DNA from: an uncultured Acidimicrobiia bacterium
GTDB taxonomy: Bacteria; Acidobacteriota; Terriglobia; Versatilivoradales; Versatilivoraceae
Direction: 5' to 3'
Length of the DNA: 64,000 bases
NCBI GenBank assembly: GCA_963786955.1
Contig: CAWBAT010000005.1
Coordinates: forward strand, 224,001-288,000
Below the pieces are notes generated by a model. It worked only from the letters and a program-made list of their open reading frames with translations. It was not told the origin of the DNA and searched no databases. Both the position numbers and the translations under genes were made by a program. Positions 1-10,673 of this stretch are shown piece after piece (within the stretch, counting starts at the first letter, position 1; the number at the start of each line of letters is the position of its first letter).

Positions 1-1009
1 ATGGAGTGACCCAACCCGCCCTCGCTGCCACTATCTCATGGCACAGGTTGACCTGGGTGCTCACCAGAACTGGCACGCCGCAGGACAAGGATTCGACAAC
101 ACAAAGACCGAAGTTCTCCTGGTGTGAAGTCAGTGCCAAGAGATCGGCAGTCCGCAGAGCAGACACCTTCTCAGCTCCCTCCAACCAGCCGGGAAAAAGA
201 ATGTTGCCTTCAACCTGTTTTTCTCTTGCTAGCTGTTTCAGAGATTGGATGTAAGCGGGATCGCCATCCCCAGCGACCACCAGGCGCCATTGCTGGAAGC
301 GCTTCTCCGCGATCAGGTCAGCAAACACCTGTATAAACAATTCCAATCCTTTCTTGGGATGAATTCTGCTCATCACCAGCACAAAAGGGTGGGATCCGAG
401 AGACGGCTGCTTCTGGCGGAAAAGACCAACCTCAGATTCATTCTGGAACATAGCTGAGTCAACCCCCAGGCCGATGACGACTCCCCGCTCCAGGTTGAGG
501 GAATCCTCGGCTAGACGCCGCTCTTCCTCAGTGGTGTAATGGATCGCTGCAGCCCCCATCAAGATTTGTTTCACGCCCAGTTGCCAGAAGAGCTGCTTCC
601 TGAAACGCTTCTGTTGCAGGCTCCACGGATCCAGGGTGCCCAGAGGGCGAATGATGTAAGGCACCTTGTGTCGCCGGCTGGCATGGGCTGCCGCCAGGCA
701 GGCATGGGAAAAGACGGCGTGGATATGCACCACGTCAAATTGTGAAACATTGGCTTCCAGCCATCGGGACAGTGGGTACGAATATTTGAAGGCCTCACTC
801 CATTGCCGGTGAAAGAAGAGAGTTGGAATATTGTGAAACAGCACTGGCTTGTCACACTCGACAGGTAGGCGCCCGTCACCGTCAGCATCGGTGGTTACCA
901 CCAACAGATCGAGTCCTGCGCTCCGAAGGGCCGTGCACATTTCGAGAATGGCCCGGCTCGGACCACCGTACCTGGGGGCAACCGAGGGAATGACGTGCAA
1001 TATTCTCAT
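1..1009 (-). CDS. Glycosyltransferase family 4 (3' end runs off the window)
   Basis: Not in the ORF track. Manual translation from ATG at 1009 gives MRILHVIPSVAPRYGGPSRAILEMC...SRIHPKKGLE...SHQENFGLCVVESLSCGVPV, with GT4 motifs. The frame stays open to the window edge. Confidence 0.9.
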   Translation of the reverse strand, partial: MRILHVIPSVAPRYGGPSRAILEMCTALRSAGLDLLVVTTDADGDGRLPVECDKPVLFHNIPTLFFHRQWSEAFKYSYPLSRWLEANVSQFDVVHIHAVFSHACLAAAHASRRHKVPYIIRPLGTLDPWSLQQKRFRKQLFWQLGVKQILMGAAAIHYTTEEERRLAEDSLNLERGVVIGLGVDSAMFQNESEVGLFRQKQPSLGSHPFVLVMSRIHPKKGLELFIQVFADLIAEKRFQQWRLVVAGDGDPAYIQSLKQLAREKQVEGNILFPGWLEGAEKVSALRTADLLALTSHQENFGLCVVESLSCGVPVLVSTQVNLCHEIVAARAGWVTP

Positions 1010-1016
1010 GGGCGTT

Positions 1017-2986
1017 TCATCTTGTGGCGGCTGCTGCGAGGTTTCCACAGTGCATCCCGTTCTTTTCGATCCATTCTTCGAGCACCACCAGTATCCATAA
1101 TCGGGACCACGAGACATCCTTTCCTTGAGCTAGAAAGGACCGCCAGATCTTTTGCACTTCTTCAGGCTTCATCAGGCCTCGGGCTCTAACCCGGTCAGGA
1201 CTGAGTCGTTCTTCGCAGAACTTTTTGAGCTTTCCTCGCATCCATGGGTCGAATGGGAGAGTAAAGCCTTGTTTGGGACGGTGGGTGACCTCTTCGGGAA
1301 GCTGCACTCCCAGGCTGTTGATCAACAGGGGTTTCGGATTCCTGTTGGACCGCTTGTAGCTGTCCGGTAAACCAATCATATACTCCACCAATTTATGGTC
1401 TAGCAGCGGGACTCGAACTTCCAGGGACAGAGCCATGCTCATCTGGTCCGTGTCTCTCAGGAGAACGTCATGCATATAGGTACGCGCTTCCGCATACGAG
1501 ATCTGGGCAAGAGGGCTTGGCAGACTGCCATTAGCGAAAGCGGCCCGGAGTAGGTTGACATAAGGGTCGGCCATCCCTTCCGGGAAAAGCAGTCGGGAAT
1601 CGGAGACCAACGCCTTCCGTTGAGACTGGGATAGAACCTGGCGAAGCAACGGATACGTTTCGGCGATATTGCCTCCGCTTTCAAGGATGGCCCCGAATTT
1701 GGTCATCGTAATTGAGGAGCCTGCTAGCCCCTGAAAGCTCTTTACCATCATTGAACGCAGCGGCCCTGGCACATGCCCCAAAACTTTGAAGAACCGCTGC
1801 AAATCTGCAAGTCGCCTAAACGACGGGTAGCCTGCAAAAAACTCGTCCCCACCCAATCCCGAGAGTGCTACTTTCACTCCCGCTGCGCTAACGGCTCTGG
1901 ACACAACATAGGTATTGATTCCATCACCGGTGGGCTGGTCCATGGCAGCCACGGCACCGGGAAGCTGATCCAGCAGGTTTTGTTCACTGAGACAAATCTC
2001 GGTGTGTTCGGAGCCAAAGCTGCTTGGCCACCAGTCTGGCATGAGGGCTTCATCAAAATTGCTTTCGGAGAAAGCTACAGAGAATGTGCGTGGGACTGTA
2101 CCGCTCTTGCACATCAAGGCCACGATGGCACTCGAATCGATCCCCCCAGAAAGAAAAACCCCCACTGGCACATCGCTCACCAGATGAGAAGCGACGGAAT
2201 CCTGCAGAAGCTGCTCGATTCGTTTCTGCGCTTCCTCTAATGGTACGTCTTGCGCCCGGGAGTCGCCATCTTCAAGGAGGTCCCAGTACCGATGCAGGTC
2301 GGAGTGCGCGTGAACATCAACTTCCATCCAGGTCCCCGGCAGGAGGGCTTTGACTCCCTCTACCATGGTCCGCGGGGCCGGCACAGACTGGTAAGCCAGG
2401 TATTCATGGAAGGCAACAATATCCAATTCTCTTGGGACCAGCTCACTTGCCAGCAGAGATCTCACCTCGGAGGAGAAGAGAAAGAGGCCGTCGCGGCTGT
2501 GATAGTAGAGCGGCTTGATCCCCAGTCGATCTCTAGCCAAAAAGAGTTTTTGCCTTTGCTCATCCCAGAGTGCAAAAGCAAACATTCCCCTGAAGTGATT
2601 CACACATGCATTGCCCCACCGGGCATAGGCCTTAGAATGACTTCAGTGTCGGTCTTCGATCTCCAGCCCCCAGGCGGGTCTCCAAGCTCCTGCCGCAGTT
2701 CCCGGTAGTTATAGATCTCACCGTTGTACGTGATCCAATTTCCCGTACTCGGGTCAAGCATGGGCTGGTGCCCAGCCTGAGACAAGTCCAAGATTGAAAG
2801 GCGAGTGTGGCCAAGGGCAATCAGGCTTTCCGCGTTGACAATAATCTGTACCCCTTGATCGTCTGGCCCGCGATGAGCAAGAGCTCGCGTCATTCGAGCC
2901 ACAATTTCATTAAGCCGTGTGTCAAGGGAGGAATCTGTTTGGCCCCTATCATTGGCCGACTTCAGAATTCCTGTTATTCCGCACAT
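1017..2986 (-). CDS. asnB: Asparagine synthase (glutamine-hydrolysing)-family amidotransferase, split by a frameshift near 2632
   Basis: ORF 2600-2986 starts MCGITG with HRGPD and YNGEIYN; ORF 1017-2603 has RDRLGIKPLYY, LSGGIDSS and SGLGGDE. Adding one A at ...CTAAGG restores EVILKAYARWGNACVNHFRGMFAF. Confidence 0.88.
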
Positions 2987-3111
2987 CAGTTTTCTATGAT
3001 TAGACTAACTATTAATAGAGTTCAGAGATATGAGTTACGACGATCTGCAATCGATTTAGGTTTATATTGTCAAATTCTACTTGAACCAAAATTGCATTCA
3101 GAATTACAGGA

Positions 3112-4267
3112 CTACAATCGTTGAGAATAGCAAGAAGAGGCAGCAGCCCCGGTTTTAAGCCGGCCAGCTATTGCTGCGTTTTCTCCATGGTGAGTATCCA
3201 GAGTTCCATTGATGGCCGAATGGAAACGCTCAACCCCATCCGATAAATTATGCTTGGACACTGTGAGGCGGGCCGCGCTTGAACGCTCTAAGCGTTGGTC
3301 GAGAGAAAGAAGGACAGCGTCTCGCATCGCCTGATAAAGAGACCCTTCATCTCCGGCTGGAATGAGCCATCCATTCTTCTGGTTGATAAATTCCAGTGCA
3401 GCCCCCGTTCGGTCCGTACTAATCACAGGCAATCCCGCCGCCAGCCCTTCGGGAACAACCAGTCCCCAACCGTCATAACGAGATGGCACGCAGAGAAAAT
3501 CAGAGCGCCGGTAAAATTCTGGCAGTTCCTCCCAGCTTCTAAACCCCCGGAAGTGAACACGGTCTTGATGCTTCAGCAACATCCTTTCCAGCTTGGGACG
3601 CAGTGGCCCCTCACCAACAAGGTCCAGCTGAACGAATGGAAATTCCCCAGCCAGTCTGCTGAATGCCATTGCCAGTAGGTCAATGCCTTTTCGGTAAATC
3701 AATGAGCCGGAGTATAAGGAACCTTAGTTCTTTGTCGTGATTGCCTGACTTACTTTGAATGGGGGCGAAGCGATTCAGGTTGGAATAGTAGGGAACATTG
3801 AAGTACCTTCGATTTGGACCAAATTCCCGACGATATTGGTCGACGGCCCATCCACCGATTCCCCAGATGGATATGTTTGATCTGTGCAGAGCAGCCAGCT
3901 TCCATTTCCTATATAGAGTCCCCAGGCGTTCGAAACCGCGATAACCGGGTCTTTCACCCCAAAAGGACCACGCCTTGCCAGTCTTCACTCGAACCTTGAG
4001 CAACCGCAGAAGTAGCGGGTTCTGGTAGTAATTGAAAATCACCAGGTCAGCGGAAGCCATTTGGGCTTCTGCGACTTCACATTTTGAATCCTCGCCATTG
4101 AGAAAGAGGTACTCATGCTGAAGGCCCGAGACATTCCACAACCGGTTAGCTGATGTTTCATGGAGATAGACCACCTGCAAGGAATGCAAACCATGCCGGG
4201 TGAGCGCGTCGAACAGCTCCACCTGATAGGGAGAGGGGATATGGGTAATGACCTGGATCTTTGCCAC
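3112..4267 (-). CDS. Glycosyltransferase family 4, split by a frameshift near 3714
   Basis: ORFs 3680-4267 (N-domain, HIPSPYQ) and 3112-3702 (RKGID, PSRYDGWGLVVPEGLAAGLPVI) join as RFLYSGSLIYRKG if one base is removed. Confidence 0.85.
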
Positions 4268-4289
4268 AGTTCAATTGACTATAAGCTTA

Positions 4290-4760
4290 ACTAGGCCTCA
4301 TTCCCCTCCACGCTGGAGGGGAATGAGACTTAAGGCTTTAGGGGGGCTCTCGGACCTGTCGTTTACACGACCCAGCAAGTTAAACCTTGCAGGTCCTCAA
4401 TCCCCTGAAATTTGAAAGTATTGGTTTCGGTGTTGCATTGAGAATGTCCCCCTTGGTTAAGTGAGCATGCCCCATATCTTTTTTTGGCTGGACACGGGGG
4501 GTTCCTGAAAGCCTGACGGTGAGCCAGTTTTCAGCCCTGTAGGGGCCACGCATTGTAGCCCAGGGCAAGCGCCTAAGCGCGCCGCCCTGGGGTGAAAGAA
4601 CATCCGAATTACCCGCCTCCTCCCCCGCTTGGGAATCCTAAGATTCGGTGAAACGTGCTCCCAAAGCGGGGAGGGGGAAGGGGAGTGGGGGCCTTGACGT
4701 AAGGGTTCGGGAGCAAACGATTAGCCCCCCGTCTCCAGCCACCTGACTTATTGGTAAGGT
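4290..4760. repeat. Mosaic of palindromic REP/MITE-like fragments
   Basis: Contains hairpin CTCATTCCCCTCCA-CGC-TGGAGGGGAATGAG, a partial copy of the 49373 MITE at ~4402-4460, CAGCCCTGTAGGGGC and CCCAGGGC...GCCCTGGG palindromes, and CTCCCCCGCTTGGGA...CCCAAAGCGGGGAG. Confidence 0.7.
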
Positions 4761-4808
4761 TCAGCTTAGTTAAGGGGGACCTCATTCTTACAATCAGCAA
4801 ATAAGCCA

Positions 4809-6227
4809 TCACCAATCTGCTGCCCAACGATTTCGCACAGCCGGCTTGGGAAAAAGCGACGGGCGCAGAAACAGGCGATCCACCACGATCAGACACAACA
4901 GCGGGTACGTGGTCAAAATGACTTCGATCATACTGCGGATGCCCAGGAACAAAGCCATCAAGCCCATTCCATAAACTGCAATCCCCGTTGGAGTCTCTGA
5001 CTGGTCGAAGAGCTGAGTCCACCATCTGGCCAGAATACCAAACAAAAGACCTCCTCCAGCAACCCCCCACCATCCGAAGGCCATATACCATTCCCCTATT
5101 GAAGACATGCTGTAGCTGACACCCTTGTAACCCAGGAATTCGGGCAGCGAAAAGCCTGGATCGATGGGTTTCCCAGGCCATAAGATCCGTGGCACGGGGC
5201 GCACGACAATATACCAGAGCCAGTCGAAACCAACATGAGGATGGTCTTTAGGGATGATTTGGATGATCTGCGCCAGTCTCAGGAAGTTGTCATCCACCTT
5301 CACTTGATGGATTTCATCCGTTTCGTAGGAAAAGTCCCGGAATCCACGATTGCGGGTGTCTAACATGATTTCCATGATGAACAACAAACTGACCACGATC
5401 GAAACCGTCAATAGCACATGCTTGGGACGAAGGCGATCCCGGTGAACACCCAGCCAGGTGAACAAAGCCGCTCCTACGATCACCCCGGGTAGCCTCCGGC
5501 CTCCACCCTGGGCCACGAACAAAAGGAAAATCACTGATAACACAAGTCCGACAATCACGGACCAATGATTCCAGGTCCGCCGCCGCAGAGCCAGCATTAC
5601 GGTGAAGGTGGGCAGTGCGTAGCCAAAGTAGGTCATGAAATCGAGGAAAGCATTCCAACCCCCTAATGCTCCACGGGACCATGGCGCCCCCCATCTGTTC
5701 TCAAGCAAACCACCGATCATCGTGGAAATCGAAAAGTCACTGTAGAAGGCAAAATCAAACATCCCCAAAATGAAAAAGATAATCAGAGCCTTAAAAAGCA
5801 ATCGGGTCGAGTATTCGTGCGAGGTCAGATTCTTCAGGACTTTCGGGAGCGGCCGCGGCTGGATTGCCGAACCCACAACGCATCCTGCCGCGAAAAGGCT
5901 AATGGCGACGAATGCTTCGCTGACAGCCCAGGCCATATCGTCCACCATGTATAGGCTTTGGATTAGATCCACCAAAATGAAGTAGACCAATCCCACATAG
6001 ATGCAATGCTGGGCGGCAAAGCCCCGTTTGATGCCACGAACAAAGATGTCTGCGACAACACAACCCAGCACTCCGGCCGTCATGGCCACGGCAGGCCACC
6101 TCAAGAGATGCTCTGACGTGTTGGCTTCGGGGATGAGTTCAATGGCCACGACCAGCCCTAGGACCAAGCTAGCCAAGGAGAGAGTCGTAACCAGCGAGTC
6201 CATTTGGTTATATGACTTCATCTTCAT
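4809..6227 (-). CDS. wzy: Polysaccharide polymerase (Wzy-like) membrane protein
   Basis: About 470 aa with many hydrophobic segments, a GGGRR loop and PVPRILWPGKP...SSIGEWYMAFGWWG (typical of O-antigen polymerases); lies within the cluster. Confidence 0.7.
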   Translation of the reverse strand: MKMKSYNQMDSLVTTLSLASLVLGLVVAIELIPEANTSEHLLRWPAVAMTAGVLGCVVADIFVRGIKRGFAAQHCIYVGLVYFILVDLIQSLYMVDDMAWAVSEAFVAISLFAAGCVVGSAIQPRPLPKVLKNLTSHEYSTRLLFKALIIFFILGMFDFAFYSDFSISTMIGGLLENRWGAPWSRGALGGWNAFLDFMTYFGYALPTFTVMLALRRRTWNHWSVIVGLVLSVIFLLFVAQGGGRRLPGVIVGAALFTWLGVHRDRLRPKHVLLTVSIVVSLLFIMEIMLDTRNRGFRDFSYETDEIHQVKVDDNFLRLAQIIQIIPKDHPHVGFDWLWYIVVRPVPRILWPGKPIDPGFSLPEFLGYKGVSYSMSSIGEWYMAFGWWGVAGGGLLFGILARWWTQLFDQSETPTGIAVYGMGLMALFLGIRSMIEVILTTYPLLCLIVVDRLFLRPSLFPKPAVRNRWAADW

Positions 6228-6330
6228 GTAAGTCAAAGAATTCCCTCTTTGAAGGGGGATTTAGGGGAATGTTTCTGAGTCGTTCCTGGCCAATCACTGT
6301 TTGAACAAGTGATTCCCCATTTTGAAGGGG

Positions 6331-6482
6331 GAAGGTGTGAAGTAATTCGATTTTGGTTCCCCTCCTTGGTAAGGAGGGGCCAGCGGGTGGTAGTAAGTCC
6401 TCATTCACAAACCCCCTCTAGTCCCCCTTAACCAAGGGGGACACTTGAAGAGCGACACCGAAACTAATTCTTTCACACTTTC
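6331..6482. mobile_element. MITE with 17-bp imperfect terminal inverted repeats
   Basis: Ends GAAGGTGTGAAGTAATT ... AATTCTTTCACACTTTC. Internal hairpins CCCCTCCTTGGTAAGGAGGGG and GTCCCCCTTAACCAAGGGGGAC. Inverted copy at 49373-49586. Confidence 0.75.
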
Positions 6483-6523
6483 TGAGGAGTCAGGAGGATG
6501 TCTCTGAGTCGTTCCAGACCAGG

Positions 6524-7759
6524 CTAACCAACAGCGACATTTTGCAGCATCTCGACGGGCCGATGGGTCTGCTGGGCAAGTTGACTATAGAAAGCCTGAG
6601 CCCTATTTCCGTAAGCCTCCCAGGTTACCTCTTGGGCCCGCTCAAGCGCAGCGTTGCCCATTTGCTCGCGAAAATCTGGATTCTCATAGAGATAGAGGAT
6701 TTTCTCTTTCAACGCTTCAACGTCACGAATAGGAACAATAAAGCCCTCCTTCCCATTGGTCACAACTTCCTTCGACCCACAGTTTTCAGTCACGATCACG
6801 GGCAGTCCGCATGCCATGGCTTCGGGTACAACCAGGCCAAAGGAGTCGGTTAAAGACGGTAAGACCAAGACTGAACTGCTACTGTAGTAATTGGCTAAAT
6901 CTGACTTGGGCAGCGCAGGAATATGAGTAAATTTGCCTTCACATCTCTTGAGAATGGGTTTGAAGTTGGGATCGAGTGGTCCGATTAACAACAATTCAGC
7001 CTTGATTGGCTTCAACTGATCAAACGCCTGAAGAAGATAATGAACTCCCTTCTCCGCCGTGATCCGACCCACATATAGGATGCGAAAGCCGCTTGCCATT
7101 GCCCCCTTCCTTTGGAAATAACTCAGGTCAGTGCCATACTGATTGACGACGATGCGACTGGCCTCATTGCCGTGCCTCACAAAGGTCTCTTTTACGTAGG
7201 AGGAGGGGACTACTAGATAGTCCGCTAGATCGAATTCCTCCAGCATCTTCTCTACATACAATTGACCAGGATTCTTAGCAGCGATCCCTAGTCTTTTGTA
7301 TTCTTCTTCGAGCAGGCTCCTCTGAAAGACAGGATGCGCCTGGCGGACATCACAAACTAGGGTAGCACCGAATCTTTTGGCTTTTCTGCCGCAATACAGC
7401 CCCACACTATTCACAAAATGGAAGACGTCACAATCTTCAATCCATCGTTCTGCCATCCAGTCAAACAAATGATTGTTGATCCAGTTTCCGCGATCTGCTG
7501 ATATTAATCCTGTCATCGGGAGACCGCGTTGCAACAGCTCAGGCAGCCACAATTGCCGGATTTTTTCCTCTGTGACTCCGTTGATTCTTCTGCCTTCCAA
7601 TTTCCTTTGCCAGTAATCCGGTAGAATACCGGGTGTACTGACTCCGGTTGTGAGGGCAATGGTAGTGATGTATCTCTTGAGACATCCTGATTGCTGTAGG
7701 GCACTAGCCAGGTGGTGATAGTGCGGGACGTTGGATAGAAGAATAGTTTCCAGACTCAT
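6524..7759 (-). CDS. Glycosyltransferase family 4
   Basis: YVGRITAEKGV and LPSLTDSFGLVVPEAMACGLPVI motifs. Confidence 0.92.
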   Translation of the reverse strand: MSLETILLSNVPHYHHLASALQQSGCLKRYITTIALTTGVSTPGILPDYWQRKLEGRRINGVTEEKIRQLWLPELLQRGLPMTGLISADRGNWINNHLFDWMAERWIEDCDVFHFVNSVGLYCGRKAKRFGATLVCDVRQAHPVFQRSLLEEEYKRLGIAAKNPGQLYVEKMLEEFDLADYLVVPSSYVKETFVRHGNEASRIVVNQYGTDLSYFQRKGAMASGFRILYVGRITAEKGVHYLLQAFDQLKPIKAELLLIGPLDPNFKPILKRCEGKFTHIPALPKSDLANYYSSSSVLVLPSLTDSFGLVVPEAMACGLPVIVTENCGSKEVVTNGKEGFIVPIRDVEALKEKILYLYENPDFREQMGNAALERAQEVTWEAYGNRAQAFYSQLAQQTHRPVEMLQNVAVG

Positions 7760-8700
7760 TAGTGCTGCACGGGGGCCTTTAAATTTCGGTGCATTGGTTG
7801 CCGCCCTAAACCCCAGACGAGAGTGGGGTCAGTTACCTTTGACCGATTAATCATCAAACATCGACGTAGGGTCTCGGTCTTTACCGCCTTGCGATTTCGT
7901 AATGCCATAAGAAGCATTCTGAAGGCATCAACCCAGACGCGGCATTCGACCGTCCACCAACGCCTACCCAGACTGTACCAAAGTTGAGAATTCATTCTCC
8001 ACAGCATCAATGGGATGACATAAATTAAGGGAGCACGCATCCATGTGCTGAGAATTTCGTTGCGAGCGTGATAATAATGAGTACGCTGTTCATTCCGGTT
8101 CAGATTACTGAATTCGTGCCAGACCAATATGTCGTTCCAACAGAGACAACGATAGCCGGCATCCCATATCCGAATGGCCAAGTCAGGCTCCTCGTAGGCG
8201 TGCCAGAAGAAGGAAGGGTACAGACCAGTTTTCTCTAGCACTTTCCTCCTCAATGCAAACCTTGCTGAGCTGTAGCTTGAGGTGTGATATTCCCCATGCC
8301 TTCGCGCCGGAGAACTTTCAGGAATACGTTCCGGAAATTCTGGGCCGATGTCCTGAAAGTCAATCAGCCCCAAATCGGGCTCTTGCTGAAATCTTTCTAC
8401 CACCTTGCCGGTGCTGTCCTTTTCCATAAACCGGCTATCGTCGTCAAAGCCAATGAGGATGTCCCCTGTGACCCTTTCGAAGATTTGATTTCGACTAGCC
8501 ACAGAACCTTGAGCGGGTTCATTTCGCGTGAGAATCACACCGGGGAAAAGGGTGCGGACTGCCTCAAAGGTTCCATCACTGGAGCCATCATCAATAACGT
8601 GCACTTCTTTATCTGGATAAGTCTGTTCATGACATGACCGCAGGGTCTTCAACAACTCTTCCCTGCGGTTGTGTGATGCCACCATGAAGCTTACTTTCAT
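7759..8700 (-). CDS. Glycosyltransferase family 2
   Basis: VIDDGSSDGT, FDDDS and YEEPDLAIR motifs. Confidence 0.9.
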   Translation of the reverse strand: MKVSFMVASHNRREELLKTLRSCHEQTYPDKEVHVIDDGSSDGTFEAVRTLFPGVILTRNEPAQGSVASRNQIFERVTGDILIGFDDDSRFMEKDSTGKVVERFQQEPDLGLIDFQDIGPEFPERIPESSPARRHGEYHTSSYSSARFALRRKVLEKTGLYPSFFWHAYEEPDLAIRIWDAGYRCLCWNDILVWHEFSNLNRNEQRTHYYHARNEILSTWMRAPLIYVIPLMLWRMNSQLWYSLGRRWWTVECRVWVDAFRMLLMALRNRKAVKTETLRRCLMINRSKVTDPTLVWGLGRQPMHRNLKAPVQH

Positions 8701-8777
8701 GCGACTGGGAAATTGAAAGAACTCAATGATGTCCGCTTCATTTTCAACAAAGGCATGTCATCGATTTTCATCGTATC

Positions 8778-9713
8778 TCACAAGGGTGAAACCAAAACAA
8801 TTCTCGTAAGCGCCCTTAGTCGGCCAATGCATCGCGGCATAAAACCCTCGAATCTGAGTCGACGGAGTGCTCCAAGCAGGTTGCTGAGAGTTTCAATCAG
8901 GAAGAATACACCCACTTGACCGAAAGAAATAATTGCCCCATTCCCCATCGTGTTACGCATGATCCAAAACCGATTATAAAGGTCATCTTCCGCTACTTCC
9001 GCTGTAGGAAGGCGACCACCTGATGCTTGATGGTGAGCTAAACGAGCTGACGGGCAAAAAAGAATCTTCCCGATTGACCTTAGTTTCAGACCAAGATCCA
9101 CGTCCTCATTCACAGTACAACGGTGCAGAAAGAAATCTGAGAACCCGCCTACCGTTTCAAAAGCTGAGCGCCGAACGAGACTGTTGCCGGCCCCAATCCA
9201 GTCCATCGGCAGAGGCGAAGCAGGTGTAGGATTGAATCCGAATCGTAGAAGCGGCCCCACCACTCGACCTTGCCACTGATCCTCCTTCAATCGCAGCCCA
9301 TAACGAAGATAGATTCGCCAGGCGATCGTTGGCATTGCCCAGGGCTGATTATTGAAATCAGCCACGACACCAACTACATCAGAACGCGACTGCAATAACA
9401 GCGTCAGGTTCTGAAGGCAATCCATCTCCAGAACGACGTCGTCATCCAACAACAGTAGCAAGTCGCCCCGAGCCGATTGGATCGCTGCTTTCCTTTGGAG
9501 AACCGCATTCGGTGGGGTCACCTCAACCCGGCGGACATGCAAACCTAATCCCGACCAGCGGTCGCTGTCTGTCACGGCCGCTATTTGGCCGCTGCCGCTG
9601 CTGTCCGCCACCACGACCTCATCCGGCTTCATGGTTTGCTCAGCCAGCGATTGAAGAAGCATAGAAAGCGAATCGGGGCGGCCAATCGTAGGAACAATCG
9701 CGGAGATGGACAC
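8778..9713 (-). CDS. Glycosyltransferase family 2
   Basis: SAIVPTIGR, LLLDDDV and VGGF...NEDVDLG motifs. Confidence 0.9.
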   Translation of the reverse strand: MSISAIVPTIGRPDSLSMLLQSLAEQTMKPDEVVVADSSGSGQIAAVTDSDRWSGLGLHVRRVEVTPPNAVLQRKAAIQSARGDLLLLLDDDVVLEMDCLQNLTLLLQSRSDVVGVVADFNNQPWAMPTIAWRIYLRYGLRLKEDQWQGRVVGPLLRFGFNPTPASPLPMDWIGAGNSLVRRSAFETVGGFSDFFLHRCTVNEDVDLGLKLRSIGKILFCPSARLAHHQASGGRLPTAEVAEDDLYNRFWIMRNTMGNGAIISFGQVGVFFLIETLSNLLGALRRLRFEGFMPRCIGRLRALTRIVLVSPL

Positions 9714-9714
9714 T

Positions 9715-10653
9715 CTAAGGAATCTCCGAAGCCCTGTACAGCCTCCAACCGGTTCGGAGCTGGAAGTCCTGCAGGTTCCGCATTGCTAGCACGTTCTCCA
9801 CGCCCACGGGCTGGTAATCAACATCAACTTCATTAAGGCAATCTGGGCCTTGGATACGGTAAAGCATGAAGCCTCGGTCTCTCAGAAACTGCAGAAGATC
9901 CCTGACTGTGTATCCGAACCAACCGAAATGCTCAGATCCAACCTCAAAATGGATGCAATCCGTCACCGTGAGGAGTTTTTCTGCTCCAGCTAGCACAAAT
10001 TTTTCGTACCCTTCGACGTCCACTTTTAGAAGCTGGACCCGTTCCGTTGCCGATATGAGGTCATCCAACCTTTCTACCTTTACTTCAAACCCACCTTGTT
10101 CCCCATTTACTCGATTCATATCATCGCGGCGATTATCCGAGAAGAAGATCTGTCCAGGGGTAACTCCCAAGGCTACATTATGAGTTTCAACTCTATGGAC
10201 CCGGTTAAGAGCAAGGTTCTTTTTCAGGTAACCATAAATTCTTGGATGTGGTTCGAAGGCGTATATTTTCCCTTTTTCGCCTACTAGCGGTGATGCGGTC
10301 AAGACCGTGTCACCAATGTTGGCTCCAACATCTACTACCCGGTCTCCGAGTTTGAGATAGGCGCGAAAAAACCGTAATGCTTCCGCCCGCTCGATCGGAT
10401 TAATCCATAACGAGCAGGACAGGTTGGAGGGAAAAAACCGCAGCTTATAACCGTTTTGTCTTATTTTGAAGAGCAGGCAGAAGCGCGTAGTTACGAGCAG
10501 TCTCGCCGCAATAAACCTCAGGGGACGTTCATGGTTTCGCAGAATCTGGTAGTAATGCTTCATCGGCCCAAAATATTTCCAGGGCAACGATGGAATCCTA
10601 TCAATGGCTGGTTCAATCACATTCACCGATTTCAGTTCTCCTCGGGGGACCAT
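9715..10653 (-). CDS. FkbM-family SAM methyltransferase (start may be 10563)
   Basis: VDVGANIG, YAFEPHP and LKVDVEGYE motifs. Confidence 0.9.
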   Translation of the reverse strand: MVPRGELKSVNVIEPAIDRIPSLPWKYFGPMKHYYQILRNHERPLRFIAARLLVTTRFCLLFKIRQNGYKLRFFPSNLSCSLWINPIERAEALRFFRAYLKLGDRVVDVGANIGDTVLTASPLVGEKGKIYAFEPHPRIYGYLKKNLALNRVHRVETHNVALGVTPGQIFFSDNRRDDMNRVNGEQGGFEVKVERLDDLISATERVQLLKVDVEGYEKFVLAGAEKLLTVTDCIHFEVGSEHFGWFGYTVRDLLQFLRDRGFMLYRIQGPDCLNEVDVDYQPVGVENVLAMRNLQDFQLRTGWRLYRASEIP

Positions 10654-10673
10654 AAGCTGACATGTGTGACAAC

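Noticed and set aside
2600-2640. Programmed frameshift or phase-variable tract in asnB, GT4 or gmd
   Set aside because: No long homopolymer or slippery heptamer at the break points.
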